From the NCBI GenBank assembly GCA_038236215.1, contig JBBSTD010000014.1, positions 5,937-69,936 on the forward strand: a stretch of 64,000 nucleotides of DNA. Reading direction: 5' to 3'. Numbering within the stretch: the first letter of the stretch is position 1; every line of letters starts with the position of its first letter. The position numbers and the translations under genes are program-made. The notes under the pieces are model-generated. The model was not told where the DNA came from and did no database searches. It saw only the letters and a program-made list of their open reading frames with translations. Below, piece by piece: positions 19,062 to 30,393 of this stretch. The DNA is from Cytophagales bacterium. GTDB taxonomy: Bacteria > Bacteroidota > Bacteroidia > Cytophagales > Spirosomataceae.

Positions 19062-20804
19062 TTACACAAACGGTAGCACCAGGTTTTCCGCTGGACCATC
19101 CGGTTTGCTGCTTTTGACCGGTTTATTCACCTCATTACCTTTCTTCGTTCTTTTCTTCACCGGTCGTAGTGGCTTCGATCCTGGTATGCTGTGCGTTTTT
19201 AGAATGCGTTCTTTTTCGGTCTTACCCGCTTCCGTACGGCGGGGTGCCTGGAGTTTTCGCTGGGCCTCCCGGCCTGTCTTCGCAATGTCGACAATGGGCG
19301 CGGGATAATCGATGCCGGGGTGGAAATGGTACAGGTCCTGCTCCAGCGGGGGCATCGTCCAGGGTTCGTGAACATAAGCCGTAGGGCAGTTGGCCAACTC
19401 GGGAATCCACTGCCGGACAAAAATACCGTCCGGGTCATGGTCGTGCGATTGCTTGACGGGGTTGTATACCCTTACCGTGTTGGTGCCGGTCATGCCTGCC
19501 TGCATCTGAATCTGGGCGTAATGAATACCCGGTTCAAAATCGGTGTACACGCGGGCCAGATGCCAGCCGCCTTCCTGCCAGTGCTGGAACAGGTGATGGG
19601 TCAGGAACGAGGTGAGCATGGCCCGCATCCGGAAGTTGATGTAGCCCGTCTGGTTCAAACAGCGCATGCAGGCATCAACCATCGGGTAGCCGGTATGCCC
19701 GGTTTCCCAGGCTTTGTAGTGCGCCGGGTTATCGTTTTTAGGTACTTCGTTGAAGGCCCGATTCACGTTCTCAAACTCTATCCGGTCTTCACTCTCGAAT
19801 TTCTGGATGAAATGACAATGCCACCGCAACCGCGAGGCAAAAGCCGCATACTGACCCGCCAGCCCTTTCTCGCCCCGTTCCTGCCGGACCGTTTTCGCTT
19901 CCAGTTGCGCCTGAAACGCCTGTCGTATGCTCAGGCACCCCCACGCAATGTAAGGTGATAACCGGCTGCATCCCCGGCGACTCTCCAGCGGTTTAGAAAT
20001 ACTCCTGGCGTACAAGGCAATGCGCTCATCAAGAAAAGACTGCATGTATCGGTGCCCGTTGTACTCACCCCCCGGCTGAAAAGCGGCATCCGGCTGCTGC
20101 CAGGCTGCGGGTAGGTCGGGGCCGCGTTCAGCAGCAAACCAGTATTCATCCACAAGGGCCGGTAGCCAGGCTGCCAGGTCGGCATGCTCCTGAGGGGCGC
20201 GCATCGTCTGCTGCCAGCGGGCCACCCAGGCGTCGCGGTCGGTCAATCGCCGGATAACCCCGTTAGACGGGAACTCCCGCCAGGCGATGCCTTCGCTACG
20301 GCAAAAGTGGGCCACAGCTTTGTCGCGCTCATACGTAACAAGCAGGCCCGTTTCTTCGTGGGAGAAAAGGGTGTTGATTGTGTACGTTTCCTGCAATGCC
20401 CGCAACACATCAATCACTTCGCGCTAGAAAATCCATACCTGGGTTGGGCAGGGTATAAGGTCTGCCCAGACTGGCTCGTCGGTTATCAATGCATCCTCAA
20501 AAACGAAGGGTAGCCACTCATATACCAGGGGAACGTGCTGCGGACGCTCGTCGGGGTTCAGTAGCGTTACACCGGTCAGTTGACGGTTGAGGTCAGTCAG
20601 GCACTCCGTAACGAATCGCCAGTGGCGCTGGTCGTAATTGGGGTCAGTTAGTACCGATGGTTCGAAACAGCAAAGCAATAGGAGCGGGGTGCCTCGCTTA
20701 CACGCGTCAACGGCTGCTTTTAGCGGGGCATGATCCCGCAAACGCAGGTCTCGTTTGAACCAGAGTACGTTCAGCGCCTGTCGGTGGTTCGGGGTGATTA
20801 CCAT
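19062..20804 (-). pseudogene. Photolyase/cryptochrome family gene split by an in-frame TAG
   Basis: N-part WFKRDLRLRDH...VWIF, TAG (20426-20424), then REVIDVL in the same frame; C-part has SRLSPY, WHCHFIQKFE, TGYPMVDACMR, NFRMRAM. Confidence 0.85.
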
Positions 20805-20939
20805 TGGCAGTAGAAGGCTTTCTTGACCAACTATAATCAACCGTACAGGCAATTTGTTCAGTTCTGGAGCGTCATTATTCTTCCGATTATTACCCCCCGT
20901 TTTGCCTTTTCCCAGGCAGCGTATTTCTGAGGTAACCGA

Positions 20940-21710
20940 TTACTGGTCGAGATGTATATTGTACGTTTCCAGTAAGTGGCGTCGCAGGACATCTAGCACT
21001 AATCGATATGCCTGGTCAGAATCAAGTTTGTAGCGCACTGAAGTGGCTTTGCAAAGCGAATTGAGCAGCAGGTTTATTGCATGGGCCTCTTTGCTGACGG
21101 TGGTTACCGGTATGAGCGTTGTCATTATTTCGTCGTAACTCAAAAAATTAAAATGAGTCTGAGGTCCAGCAGAAGGAGCTAGTTCTCGATATAGTTCCTC
21201 TTTCAACGTAACATTATCACGCCATACTTTGGCTAAACTGACAAATTCGCTCCTGAAACTGGTGTTACTATACAGATCCTCTACCCTTGCTTTATGCTGC
21301 GCAAGGATATCCTGTACGATGGCGTCATCCGATAAGTCCTGGTAAATCCAGTTGTTTGATGAGTCCTTTTCATGCTCAAAAGAACGCCGATAGGCGTCTT
21401 TGAACAAATCCAGCAGAACGTAATATGAGTTCTTAAGCTTTACTAAGGCCATATTTACGCGTAAACCCACTTTGTTTAACTTGGTACGCTGAATGAGAAA
21501 AGGGTTGGATGCCGTTTCCAATGAACTACGGGCATTGGCCTGTTCGATGTCATCATCGGTAAGCTTTAGCTGCTGTAGTAAGGCCGTTATATCGAATAGT
21601 TGTTCGCACTGCTTAGTCTCATTCAGTTTCCCGTAGCTGTCCAGCAAGTCGGCCTTCGGGTAGATGCCCTGCGCGAATTGAATGATTGGTAATTCATCTT
21701 CCAGGCTCAT
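20940..21710 (-). CDS. Hypothetical protein (DUF5958-like N-terminus)
   Basis: 256-aa AT-rich ORF; EDELPIIQFAQG start resembles a Bacteroidota family. Confidence 0.5.
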   Translation of the reverse strand: MSLEDELPIIQFAQGIYPKADLLDSYGKLNETKQCEQLFDITALLQQLKLTDDDIEQANARSSLETASNPFLIQRTKLNKVGLRVNMALVKLKNSYYVLLDLFKDAYRRSFEHEKDSSNNWIYQDLSDDAIVQDILAQHKARVEDLYSNTSFRSEFVSLAKVWRDNVTLKEELYRELAPSAGPQTHFNFLSYDEIMTTLIPVTTVSKEAHAINLLLNSLCKATSVRYKLDSDQAYRLVLDVLRRHLLETYNIHLDQ

Positions 21711-21983
21711 AAGTCAGTATTTTGGTGTAGATAAATAAACGTAAGTAGCTTTTTGTCCCGTTCAATGAATATCGAGCCGGTAATGCCTCCAAATATAAAA
21801 AGAAATAAGGGGGCATTGGCATTGACCGGAATGACTATTTATGCCATGATAGACGGGTAGAAAAATGAACAATAGTTACGATATTCTCTCTGGTTATATA
21901 TAAAAAATGCCTTAACGGTAGCCATATATGTCCTGAAACAATGGCTACCATTAGGACATCTCATTGACATCTAGAGTCAACTC

Positions 21984-23738
21984 TTAACTCCGTTTCTGCT
22001 CCTTCGCCCAGCCGTCTTTCAACGTTACCGTCCGGTTAAAGATGGGCCGTTCAGCGGTGGAATCAGCGTCTAGCACGAAGTATCCCTTGCGCATGAACTG
22101 GAAGTTAGACTGAGCCCCCGACCGGGCGGCTTCTACCAGGGCTGGTTCCACAAAAGCACGTATTACTTCCAGTGAGACAGGGTTTAATAATTCATTAAGT
22201 TCGCGTTCATCGGCCGCCGGGTTCTCGACGGAGAAGAGCCGGTCGTACAAACGCACTTCTGCTTCGATGGCGTGAGGAACCGATACCCAGTGAATGGTGC
22301 CCTTTACGTTGATACCCGACGTATCCGAACCGCTCCGGCTCTCGGGGATATACGTGCAGCGGAGTTCGATGATTTCGCCCGCGTCGTCTTTTACCACCTC
22401 GTCGCACTTGATGATGTACGCGCCTTTCAGCCGCACCATGCCGCCCGGAAACAGGCGGAAGAATTTCTTCGGCGGATTCTCCATAAAATCATCCCGCTCG
22501 ATGTACACCTCGCGACTGAAGGGCACTTCGCGCTCACCCGAGTCGGGGTCTTCGGGGTTGTTCTCAATCCGCATAATCTCTTCCCGACCCACCTCATAAT
22601 TGGTCAGGACGATTTTTAGCGGCTTCGCATCGGGGCGGCCATCTGCGGGTTGGCCGTCCGTCAGTACCGCCATGACCCGGTGGGTAGTTTTGTTGAGTTC
22701 CTCGCGGATGCAGAATTCCAGCAGACCCACATCGATCATGTTATCCCGTTTGGCAATGCCGATGCGGTCGGCAAACTGACGGATGCTGGCGGGCGTATAC
22801 CCCCGGCGTCGAAGGCCGGCAATGGTTGGCATGCGGGGGTCGTCCCATCCGTTCACGTGACCCTCTTCTACCAGGAGCCTGAGCTTCCGTTTGCTCATCA
22901 CCGTGTAGGTCAGGTTGAGCCGCGCAAATTCGATCTGGCGCGACGGGAAAATGATCAGTTTATCGATGAACCAGTCGTACAGCGGGCGGTGCACTTCAAA
23001 CTCCAGCGTACAGAGCGAATGGGTGATGTGCTCGATGCTGTCCGACTGCCCGTGGGCAAAATCGTACATCGGGTAAATGCACCAGGTGTTACCCGTGCGG
23101 TGGTGGTGGGCGTGCTTGATCCGGTAGATAATCGGGTCGCGGAGCTGCATGTTGGGCGATGTCATATCCACTTTGGCCCGCAGCACTTTAGCCCCGTCGG
23201 GGTATTCACCGGCTTTCATGCGCCGAAACAAATCCAGGTTTTCGTCCACCGACCGGTCGCGGTATGTGTTCATCAGACCCGGTTCGGTGGGGGTACCTTT
23301 CTGGGCAGCTATTTCCTCCGCCGTCGAATCATCCACGTAGGCCAATTCTTTCTGAATCAGCGTTTCGGCAAAGGCGTAAAGCTGGTCGAAGTAATCCGAC
23401 GCGTAAAATTCATTCTCCCACTCGAAGCCCAGCCAGCGAACGTCGTTCTTAATCGAATCGACGTATTCGGTATCTTCCGTAACGGGGTTGGTATCATCGA
23501 AGCGGAGGTTTGTTTGTCCGCCGTATTCATCGGCCAGACCGAAATTGAGGCAGATGGATTTGGCGTGACCAATGTGGAGATAGCCGTTGGGTTCGGGCGG
23601 AAAGCGCGTATGGACACGGCCTTCGTTTTTACCGGCAGCCAGGTCTGCTTCCACAATTTGTTCGATAAAATTGCGGGAAGTACCGGCGGGAGTAGGCTCA
23701 TTGCTGATCCCTTCTGATTCGTTGTGTAGGTCGGTCAT
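21984..23738 (-). CDS. glnS: Glutamine--tRNA ligase
   Basis: [34 protein letters not shown]; start at MTDLH (23738). Confidence 0.95.
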   Translation of the reverse strand: MTDLHNESEGISNEPTPAGTSRNFIEQIVEADLAAGKNEGRVHTRFPPEPNGYLHIGHAKSICLNFGLADEYGGQTNLRFDDTNPVTEDTEYVDSIKNDVRWLGFEWENEFYASDYFDQLYAFAETLIQKELAYVDDSTAEEIAAQKGTPTEPGLMNTYRDRSVDENLDLFRRMKAGEYPDGAKVLRAKVDMTSPNMQLRDPIIYRIKHAHHHRTGNTWCIYPMYDFAHGQSDSIEHITHSLCTLEFEVHRPLYDWFIDKLIIFPSRQIEFARLNLTYTVMSKRKLRLLVEEGHVNGWDDPRMPTIAGLRRRGYTPASIRQFADRIGIAKRDNMIDVGLLEFCIREELNKTTHRVMAVLTDGQPADGRPDAKPLKIVLTNYEVGREEIMRIENNPEDPDSGEREVPFSREVYIERDDFMENPPKKFFRLFPGGMVRLKGAYIIKCDEVVKDDAGEIIELRCTYIPESRSGSDTSGINVKGTIHWVSVPHAIEAEVRLYDRLFSVENPAADERELNELLNPVSLEVIRAFVEPALVEAARSGAQSNFQFMRKGYFVLDADSTAERPIFNRTVTLKDGWAKEQKRS

Positions 23739-24059
23739 GTTGCTTGCAAACAGATAAACAGACCGAAAATTACGCCCTTTGCCCCGCTTTGACAAACCCG
23801 CCACCCACAAAGCTAGAAACGATGCTGAAAATCGCTGCTCAGCAGGAGTGGTTGATTTTTTTTACTAACCGGCTGGAAAACGACTAAAAATAGGACGTAA
23901 AAAATAAAGAGTTGCGTAATGCCCGGCTAGTTGTCGGGTATGTCAGTTGTTATACTACCGTAGTGCGTGTAGAATTACTCAAGTAGTTCAGTGACAGTTA
24001 GTAAAATCTTGGCCGGGAGCGAACAAAACAGGCCCTTGTACGAGTTGTGGGATAGTACA

Positions 24060-24114
24060 CGCTGTTGACTATCTCCTGTTAATACCATTACCGGACACTA
24101 GTCAACAGCGTTTT
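24060..24114 (+). promoter_or_regulatory. Leader hairpin with T-tract before the TolC-RND operon
   Basis: CGCTGTTGACTA (24060-24071) / TAGTCAACAGCG (24099-24110) followed by TTTT, 14 nt before ATG 24129. Confidence 0.5.
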
Positions 24115-24128
24115 GGGGCTTATCGCAA

Positions 24129-25469
24129 ATGAAAAAAACGTTACTATCCTTTCTACTTTTTCCTGGTTTGTTTCTGGCAATGGATGGATTGGCGCAAAAG
24201 GCAACCGATTCACTGGCTAAACAAGCCTACCTGACCGATTGTATTCAATACGCTTTGGCGCATCGACCTCTGATCCGGCAGTCGGTTATCGACCAGGAGA
24301 TTGCCGAACGAACCGTGCAAAGTGCCCTGGCGGCCTGGTATCCGCAGCTTGGTGCTGGCTATAGCCTGCAGCATTACCTGAAACAACCCGTTACTATTTT
24401 TCCCGACCCCACTACCGGCGAACCCGTGCCCCGGGTTATTGGCGCTAGAAATACTTCCACAGCCTCCCTCTCCTTAACGCAGAGCGTGTTTAGCCGCGAC
24501 CTGCTGCTGGCTAGCCGAACGGCCGATACCTACCGGGTACAGGCCAGTCAGACAACCGTAAGAAACAAAATCGATGTGGCGGTGAACGTCAGTAAAGCGT
24601 TCTACGACCTGGTGTTGACCCAGCGGCAGGGGGATATTCTGACCGAGGATATCACCCGGCTACAGCGCAGTTTGCAGGATGCTACCAACCAGTACCAGAG
24701 TGGTGTTGTGGATAAAACGGACCCGCAGCGGGCTAAAATTGCGCTTAATAACAGTCGCGCTCAGCAAAAACAGTACCGCGACCTGATTGGGGCAAAGTAC
24801 CAGACGCTGAAACAACTAATGGGTTATCCGCCCAACGCCGTGCTGAACGTAACCTACGACACGCTCCAGCTGGTCAACGAAATAGCGCTGGATACGAATC
24901 AACGGGCGAATCCCAAAAACCGAATCGAATACCAGCTCCTGCTTAGTCAGGGGCGATTGCTGGAGGCTAACGTGCGCTACAATCGGTGGGCGTATCTGCC
25001 AACGGTGTCGGCGTTCGGAAACTACAATCTGCTGTATCAGAATAATGCGTTCGGGCAGCTTTTTGCCCAGACATTTCCTAACTCGTTGATTGGACTATCG
25101 GTCGCCTTACCCATTTTTCAGGGCGGTCGCCGTATTCAGCAGACCAAAATAGCGGAGTTACAGGTCCAGCGGTTAACGTGGGATGAGACCGAACTGACTA
25201 GTGCGGTCGATGCCGAATACGCGCAGGCACTGGCTAATTACAAAGGGAATCTGGCGGCTTATCAGGCACTGAATGAAAACCTGGTGCTGGCAGAGGATGT
25301 GTACCGGGTAATTAACCTGCAATACCGAAACGGGATCAAAACGTACCTGGACGTGACTATTGCCGAAGCCGACCTCCGAACTGCGCGTATCAATGTGTTC
25401 AACGCTCTCTATCAGGTGCTGATTAGTAAGCTGGATGTGCAGCAGGCACAGGGGTTGATAGAATTTTAA
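24129..25469 (+). CDS. TolC-family outer membrane efflux protein
   Basis: Signal peptide; two OEP repeats; first gene of the MFP-RND operon. Confidence 0.9.
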   Translation: MKKTLLSFLLFPGLFLAMDGLAQKATDSLAKQAYLTDCIQYALAHRPLIRQSVIDQEIAERTVQSALAAWYPQLGAGYSLQHYLKQPVTIFPDPTTGEPVPRVIGARNTSTASLSLTQSVFSRDLLLASRTADTYRVQASQTTVRNKIDVAVNVSKAFYDLVLTQRQGDILTEDITRLQRSLQDATNQYQSGVVDKTDPQRAKIALNNSRAQQKQYRDLIGAKYQTLKQLMGYPPNAVLNVTYDTLQLVNEIALDTNQRANPKNRIEYQLLLSQGRLLEANVRYNRWAYLPTVSAFGNYNLLYQNNAFGQLFAQTFPNSLIGLSVALPIFQGGRRIQQTKIAELQVQRLTWDETELTSAVDAEYAQALANYKGNLAAYQALNENLVLAEDVYRVINLQYRNGIKTYLDVTIAEADLRTARINVFNALYQVLISKLDVQQAQGLIEF

Positions 25470-25478
25470 ACTTGTTTG

Positions 25479-25587
25479 CGGTTTACCGTATTCGGTTTAC
25501 GGTTGCGCGGTGCGTTAAAAACTCACCTATGCGCCAGCTACAAGACCGCTTCGCGTAACCGAATACCAAATACCGAAAACCGAATAC
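25479..25587. repeat. Heptamer-repeat foldback (CGGTTTA / CCGAATA)
   Basis: Left units 25479-25507 complementary to right units 25552-25587; ends 5 nt before ATG 25593. Confidence 0.75.
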
Positions 25588-25592
25588 AATCT

Positions 25593-26690
25593 ATGCGCTT
25601 ATCCATTTTACTCACTACCCTCACCCTGCTCACTGCCTGTGGTGAGAAGAAAAATGAACAGCAGGGACCTCCGCCCCCCACACCCGTAACGGCCGTGAAG
25701 GTGACGAAAGGCAACGCTACGTACTACGATGAGTACCCGGCTACGGTAACGGCCCTGCGCGAAGTAGAAATTCAGCCGCAGGTGTCCGGCAATGTGACGG
25801 GCATTTTTTTTCAGGATGGTCAGCAAGTGAGCAAAGGGCAAAAGCTGTACACCATCGACGCGCAACAGTACCGCGCTACCTACGATCAGGCTGTAGCCAA
25901 CCTGCACGTTCAGAAGGCTAACCTCAACCGCGCTCAGAAAGATGCCAGCCGCTATAACATGCTGGCTTCGCAGGATGCCGTAGCTACTCAACTGGTGGAT
26001 AATGCCAACGCAACCCTCGAATCGGCAAAGATGCAGGTAGAAGCGGCTCAGGCCAACATCCGGCAGGTGTCCACCAATCTCAAATACACCACCATTTACG
26101 CGCCGATGAACGGTACCATCGGCATTTCGCAGGTGCGGCTTGGTTCGGCTGTAGCACCCGGCCCTACGCCCATGAACACCATCTCGGAAGATAATCCTAT
26201 TGCCGCTGATGTGCAGGCGGATGCGGCTGATATCGCCCGGTTCACGAAGCTTCAGAGTAAGTCCGGTGTTGTGCGCGACTCCACGCTCATGCTCCAGTTA
26301 CCCGACGGAAACCTGTATAAATACCCCGGTACGGTACGCATCATCGACCGGGCTGTTGACCCCCAAACTGGTACCTTGCGCGTTCGGGTGGGGTTTCCTA
26401 ACCCCGGCAAAACGCTGAAAGTAGGGCTGAACGCCAACATTCGCGTAAAAAACAGCACCGACCAGCCCCAACTCCTGATTCCGTACAAAGCCGTAACTGA
26501 ACAGATGAGTGAGTACTTTGTATTTGTGGTGGGCGATAGCAGCAAGGTTACCCAGAAAAAAGTTACCCTCGGCGCGCGCATTCAGGGCAACGTTGTCGTA
26601 AAAGATGGCCTTACCGAAGGGCAGACCATCGTAACTGGTGGTACGCAGAAGATTAAGGATGGAAGTAAAGTGAAAATCAATGCTGAATGA
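25593..26690 (+). CDS. RND periplasmic adaptor (MFP) lipoprotein
   Basis: Lipobox LTAC; VEIQPQVSG, IYAPMNG, VDPQTGTL. Confidence 0.9.
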   Translation: MRLSILLTTLTLLTACGEKKNEQQGPPPPTPVTAVKVTKGNATYYDEYPATVTALREVEIQPQVSGNVTGIFFQDGQQVSKGQKLYTIDAQQYRATYDQAVANLHVQKANLNRAQKDASRYNMLASQDAVATQLVDNANATLESAKMQVEAAQANIRQVSTNLKYTTIYAPMNGTIGISQVRLGSAVAPGPTPMNTISEDNPIAADVQADAADIARFTKLQSKSGVVRDSTLMLQLPDGNLYKYPGTVRIIDRAVDPQTGTLRVRVGFPNPGKTLKVGLNANIRVKNSTDQPQLLIPYKAVTEQMSEYFVFVVGDSSKVTQKKVTLGARIQGNVVVKDGLTEGQTIVTGGTQKIKDGSKVKINAE

Positions 26691-26766
26691 TAAATGATGA
26701 ATTAAGCTGACGCGAAATAGGCCTGCGGAAGTCCGTTCATTATTAATAATTCATCATTCATAATTT
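26686..26766. repeat. Heptamer-repeat foldback (AATGATR / TCATYAT)
   Basis: Starts in the TGA stop; right arm TCATTAT TAATAAT TCATCAT TCATAAT ends before GTG 26776. Confidence 0.65.
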
Positions 26767-26775
26767 AAGAAAGTC

Positions 26776-29700
26776 GTGTTCGCAGAAATATTCATCAACC
26801 GGCCCGTAACGGCCATCGTGGTCTCCATTGTCATTGTGGCTTTGGGGGTGCTGGCTCTGCTGAGTCTGCCCGTTAGTCAGTACCCAAACATTACCCCCCC
26901 GGTGGTGCAGGTAACGGCGAACTACACCGGGGCCGATGCGCAAACGGTGGAGCAAACCGTGGCTACGCCCATTGAAACGCAGGTGAATGGTAGCCCCGGA
27001 CTGGACTACATTCAGACCAACGCCACCAACGACGGGCGGATGAGTATGAACGTGACCTTCAAAGTGGGTACCGACATTGATATTGCGGCCCTCGACGTGC
27101 AGAACCGCGCCGGTATTGCCGCACCCCAGTTGCCCGAAGCCGTAACCCGGCTGGGCGTAACGGTGCGTAAGCGGAACCCGTCGCTGTTTATGCTGGTGGC
27201 GATTTATTCGCCGAAGGGAACGCACGATGTATCCTTTACGGATAATTACACGAACATCTATATCCGCGACGCGCTATTACGGGTGCCGGGCGTGGGTGAT
27301 ATTTTTAGCCGGGCCGATGATTTTAGCATGCGGATATGGTTAAAACCGGACCGCCTGGCCCAGCTTGGCCTGACCGTCGATGAGGTGTTGGCGGCTCTAC
27401 AGGAGCAGAATTTACAGATTGCCGGTGGGTCGGTGGGTGGGCCACCCCAGCCCAGTTCGCAGGCCTTCGAGTACAGTGTTTTTACCAATAGTCAACTCAA
27501 CAGAGAGGAAGACTTTCGGAAAATCGTGGTCCGGTCCGACCCAGCGCGGGGTTCCCTGTTGCATCTGAGCGACGTGGCCCGGGTGCAGTTGGGTAAGTTT
27601 TCGTACGCCAGCAACTCGTTTGTGGATGGCAAGCGGGCATCCTACCTGCTGGTGTATCAACTCCCCGGCAGCAACGCGCTGGAAACGGCCAAAGGGGTGT
27701 ACGAAACGATGGACCGGCTGAAAAAAACCTTCCCGCCCGATGTCGATTACAATGTGCCGTTTGAGTCGGTGTCAGTTATTCAGGTATCGATTGAGGAAGT
27801 GATCATAACGTTGCTCGAAGCACTGGTGCTAGTCATTTTAGTGGTGTTTCTGTTTCTGCAAAGCTGGCGGGCTACGCTTATCACGCTGCTGGCCATTCCG
27901 GTATCCATTATTGGTACATTTGCCCTGTTTGTACCGCTGGGTTTTACCATCAATAACCTTACGCTTTTTGCCTTCGTACTGGCTATCGGTATTGTGGTGG
28001 ACGATGCCATTGTGGTAGTGGAAGCCGTGCAGGCTAACATCGACAAAGGGCAGTCGCCCCGCGATGCGACGCTGGCGGCCATGCGCGAAATTTCGGCCCC
28101 GGTTATTGCCATCGCCCTCATTCTGGCGGCCGTATTCGTGCCGGTGGGCTTCATTCCCGGCATTGTGGGCCGACTGTATCAGCAGTTTGCCATTACCATT
28201 GCCGTGTCGGTGCTGATTTCGGCTTTTGTGGCTTTGTCACTCACGCCCGCACTCTGTACGCTGCTCCTGCGCCCGATGCACATCGACGAAAAAGCGACCG
28301 GGCTGAATAAATTTTTCTACAAATTCAACCAGTGGTTTGGGCGAATGACGGATTCGTACTCGAACGGGGTCCGGCGACTGATTAAAGCAACCCCGCTGGT
28401 CATTGTCGGGCTGGTGGTCGTGTACATAGGCACGGGGCTGCTGTTTCGGGCCAAACCCACCGGCTTCATCCCAACGGAAGACGAAGGCCGTATTTTTGTG
28501 ACCTACGAAATCCCCGAAGCGGCCTCAACGGCGCGGAGCCTGGAGGTATTGACGGAGATGATGACCATCCTCAAAAAGCAGCCTTACGTGGCGCACTTCA
28601 CGGCGTTGGGTGGGTTGAACGCCATCACGTTTGCCTCTAAATCGAACAGTGGTACGGTATTTATTCAGCTAAAACCGTGGGCCGAACGCACCGGCGAAGG
28701 CATGCAGGCCGACTCGCTGGTGCCGAAACTGCAACGCGCGTTTGCGGGCCTGACCGATGCAAAGATACAGGCCATCCTGCCCCCCGCTATTCCGGGATTA
28801 GGGCAGAGTTCGGGTTTTACTTTTGAGATTCAGCAGCGCGAAACGCAGGACAATGTACAGGCGTTTGAGGGCGTGGTGAAAAACTTCCTCGCCGAGCTCA
28901 ACCAACGCCCCGAAATTGGCCGGGCATTTTCGTACTTCACCGCGCAGTCGCCCGCTTACCGCGTGGACCTGGATCGGGAGCAGGCCAAAAAGCTGGGTCT
29001 GAATGTGGCCAATGTGTACCAGACCATTCAGACGCTGCTGGGCAGTCGCTACGTCAACGATTTCATTATCTACGGGCGCAAATTTCGAGTGGTGGCACAG
29101 GCGGATACGATGTACCGGAACGATATCAAAAAACTAAATCAGTTTTACGTGCGCAATGCGGGTGGGCAGTTGATTCCGCTGAGTAGCGTGGTTAAAACGA
29201 CGGTTATCGAAAATGCTCCGCTTATCTCGCACTTCAACCTGTTCCGGTCGGTGGAGATCAACGGCACGGCCAAACCGGGTTTCAGCAGCAGTCAGGCCAA
29301 CGATGCCCTGATTGAGGTAGCGGCAAAAGTGCTGCCCGCCGGATATGCCTACGATTTTGGGGGACTGAGCCGCGAAGAAATCAACGCGGGCAACAGTTCC
29401 ATCTTCATTTTTGCCCTGAGTATTGGCTTCGTATTCCTGTTTCTGGCGGCTCTGTACGAAAGCTGGTCGGTTCCGTTCTCGGTGTTGCTATCGGTCCCCA
29501 TTGGGGCGTTGGGCGCTATTCTGGCCCTTACGCTGTTTCCGTACCTGAGCAACAACGTGTACGCGCAAATCGGGTTGATCACCCTCATCGGTCTGGCCGC
29601 CAAGAACGCTATCCTGATTGTAGAATTCGCCAAAGAGCGCGTCGACAAAGGGGAAGATCTGCTCGAATCGACCATAGAAGCGGTCCGGCTGCGGCTGCGT

Positions 29701-29973
29701 CCGATTCTGATGACCTCCCTGGCGTTTATTCTCGGTGTGGTGCCGCTGGCCATCGCCACGGGAGCTGGGGGAGTGGCCCGGGCCACCATTGGTCGCACGG
29801 TACTGGGTGGTATGCTGGCCGCTACGTCACTGGCTATCTTCGTGGTGCCCGTGCTATACGTGGCTATCACCCGGCTGGCCTACGGGAAGAAGGGATTGGA
29901 TAAATTGAGGAAGAACGCGAAGAAGGAGGAGGTAGCGGAGAAAGAAGTGAAAGAGACGGCAGAAGCCGTTTAA
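26776..29973 (+). CDS. HAE1 RND efflux permease (AcrB-like)
   Basis: GIVVDDAIVVVE, AKNAILIVEFAK, LRPILMTS proton-relay motifs. Confidence 0.93.
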   Translation: MFAEIFINRPVTAIVVSIVIVALGVLALLSLPVSQYPNITPPVVQVTANYTGADAQTVEQTVATPIETQVNGSPGLDYIQTNATNDGRMSMNVTFKVGTDIDIAALDVQNRAGIAAPQLPEAVTRLGVTVRKRNPSLFMLVAIYSPKGTHDVSFTDNYTNIYIRDALLRVPGVGDIFSRADDFSMRIWLKPDRLAQLGLTVDEVLAALQEQNLQIAGGSVGGPPQPSSQAFEYSVFTNSQLNREEDFRKIVVRSDPARGSLLHLSDVARVQLGKFSYASNSFVDGKRASYLLVYQLPGSNALETAKGVYETMDRLKKTFPPDVDYNVPFESVSVIQVSIEEVIITLLEALVLVILVVFLFLQSWRATLITLLAIPVSIIGTFALFVPLGFTINNLTLFAFVLAIGIVVDDAIVVVEAVQANIDKGQSPRDATLAAMREISAPVIAIALILAAVFVPVGFIPGIVGRLYQQFAITIAVSVLISAFVALSLTPALCTLLLRPMHIDEKATGLNKFFYKFNQWFGRMTDSYSNGVRRLIKATPLVIVGLVVVYIGTGLLFRAKPTGFIPTEDEGRIFVTYEIPEAASTARSLEVLTEMMTILKKQPYVAHFTALGGLNAITFASKSNSGTVFIQLKPWAERTGEGMQADSLVPKLQRAFAGLTDAKIQAILPPAIPGLGQSSGFTFEIQQRETQDNVQAFEGVVKNFLAELNQRPEIGRAFSYFTAQSPAYRVDLDREQAKKLGLNVANVYQTIQTLLGSRYVNDFIIYGRKFRVVAQADTMYRNDIKKLNQFYVRNAGGQLIPLSSVVKTTVIENAPLISHFNLFRSVEINGTAKPGFSSSQANDALIEVAAKVLPAGYAYDFGGLSREEINAGNSSIFIFALSIGFVFLFLAALYESWSVPFSVLLSVPIGALGAILALTLFPYLSNNVYAQIGLITLIGLAAKNAILIVEFAKERVDKGEDLLESTIEAVRLRLRPILMTSLAFILGVVPLAIATGAGGVARATIGRTVLGGMLAATSLAIFVVPVLYVAITRLAYGKKGLDKLRKNAKKEEVAEKEVKETAEAV

Positions 29974-30208
29974 GAAGGGACAAGCGGAGTGGCACATGGC
30001 TCATTTGTACACCCGCTTGTGCTTGCCCAGGCCGTAGGGGATAACAAAAGGAAACTGGCAGGTTTGGCTGACGTGGGGCTTTGCCCGCCTAGATTAGCTT
30101 TCGCATTCGTCGTCAATCCGGCCTTATACTTCCCTCGTTTCCTGCCTTGCTACTAAGTGGGCTGATGATCCTGAACGGTAGCCGCCGATGCTGATAACTG
30201 CCCGTTGA

Positions 30209-30385
30209 TCAGACTTCTTTTGATGAGAGAAACGTTCCGGCTACTGAGCAGCCAACAGACGCTATAAAGGCAAGGGCAGCGGAGGCTAACTCGTATTGAT
30301 ACAGCAGGAAAGCGGTGTAGCCAATGAGGAGCAGGGCTATAAGCAGCAAAAAGCGGGAAAGGAAGTGGATGGGCCCGTTTTTCAT
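30209..30385 (-). CDS. Small putative two-TM membrane protein (58 aa)
   Basis: MKNGPIHFLSRFLLLIALLLIGYTAFLLYQYELASAALAFIASVGCSVAGTFLSSKEV; below the ORF-track cutoff. Confidence 0.5.
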   Translation of the reverse strand: MKNGPIHFLSRFLLLIALLLIGYTAFLLYQYELASAALAFIASVGCSVAGTFLSSKEV

Positions 30386-30393
30386 GGCGGCTT

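Noticed and set aside
18893-20426. TAG reassignment or genome-wide amber readthrough suggested by two nearby in-frame TAGs
   Set aside because: Several intact genes end in TAG at the expected C-terminus (rhaD 6439, 34614, 50604, 52094, 53938), so TAG is a normal stop here.
25476-25592. N-terminal extensions in the ORF track (also 8540, 9903, 23810, 42359, 48129, 49372)
   Set aside because: They are read-throughs of heptamer or REP repeats or upstream DNA; downstream ATGs give proper signal peptides or family N-termini.
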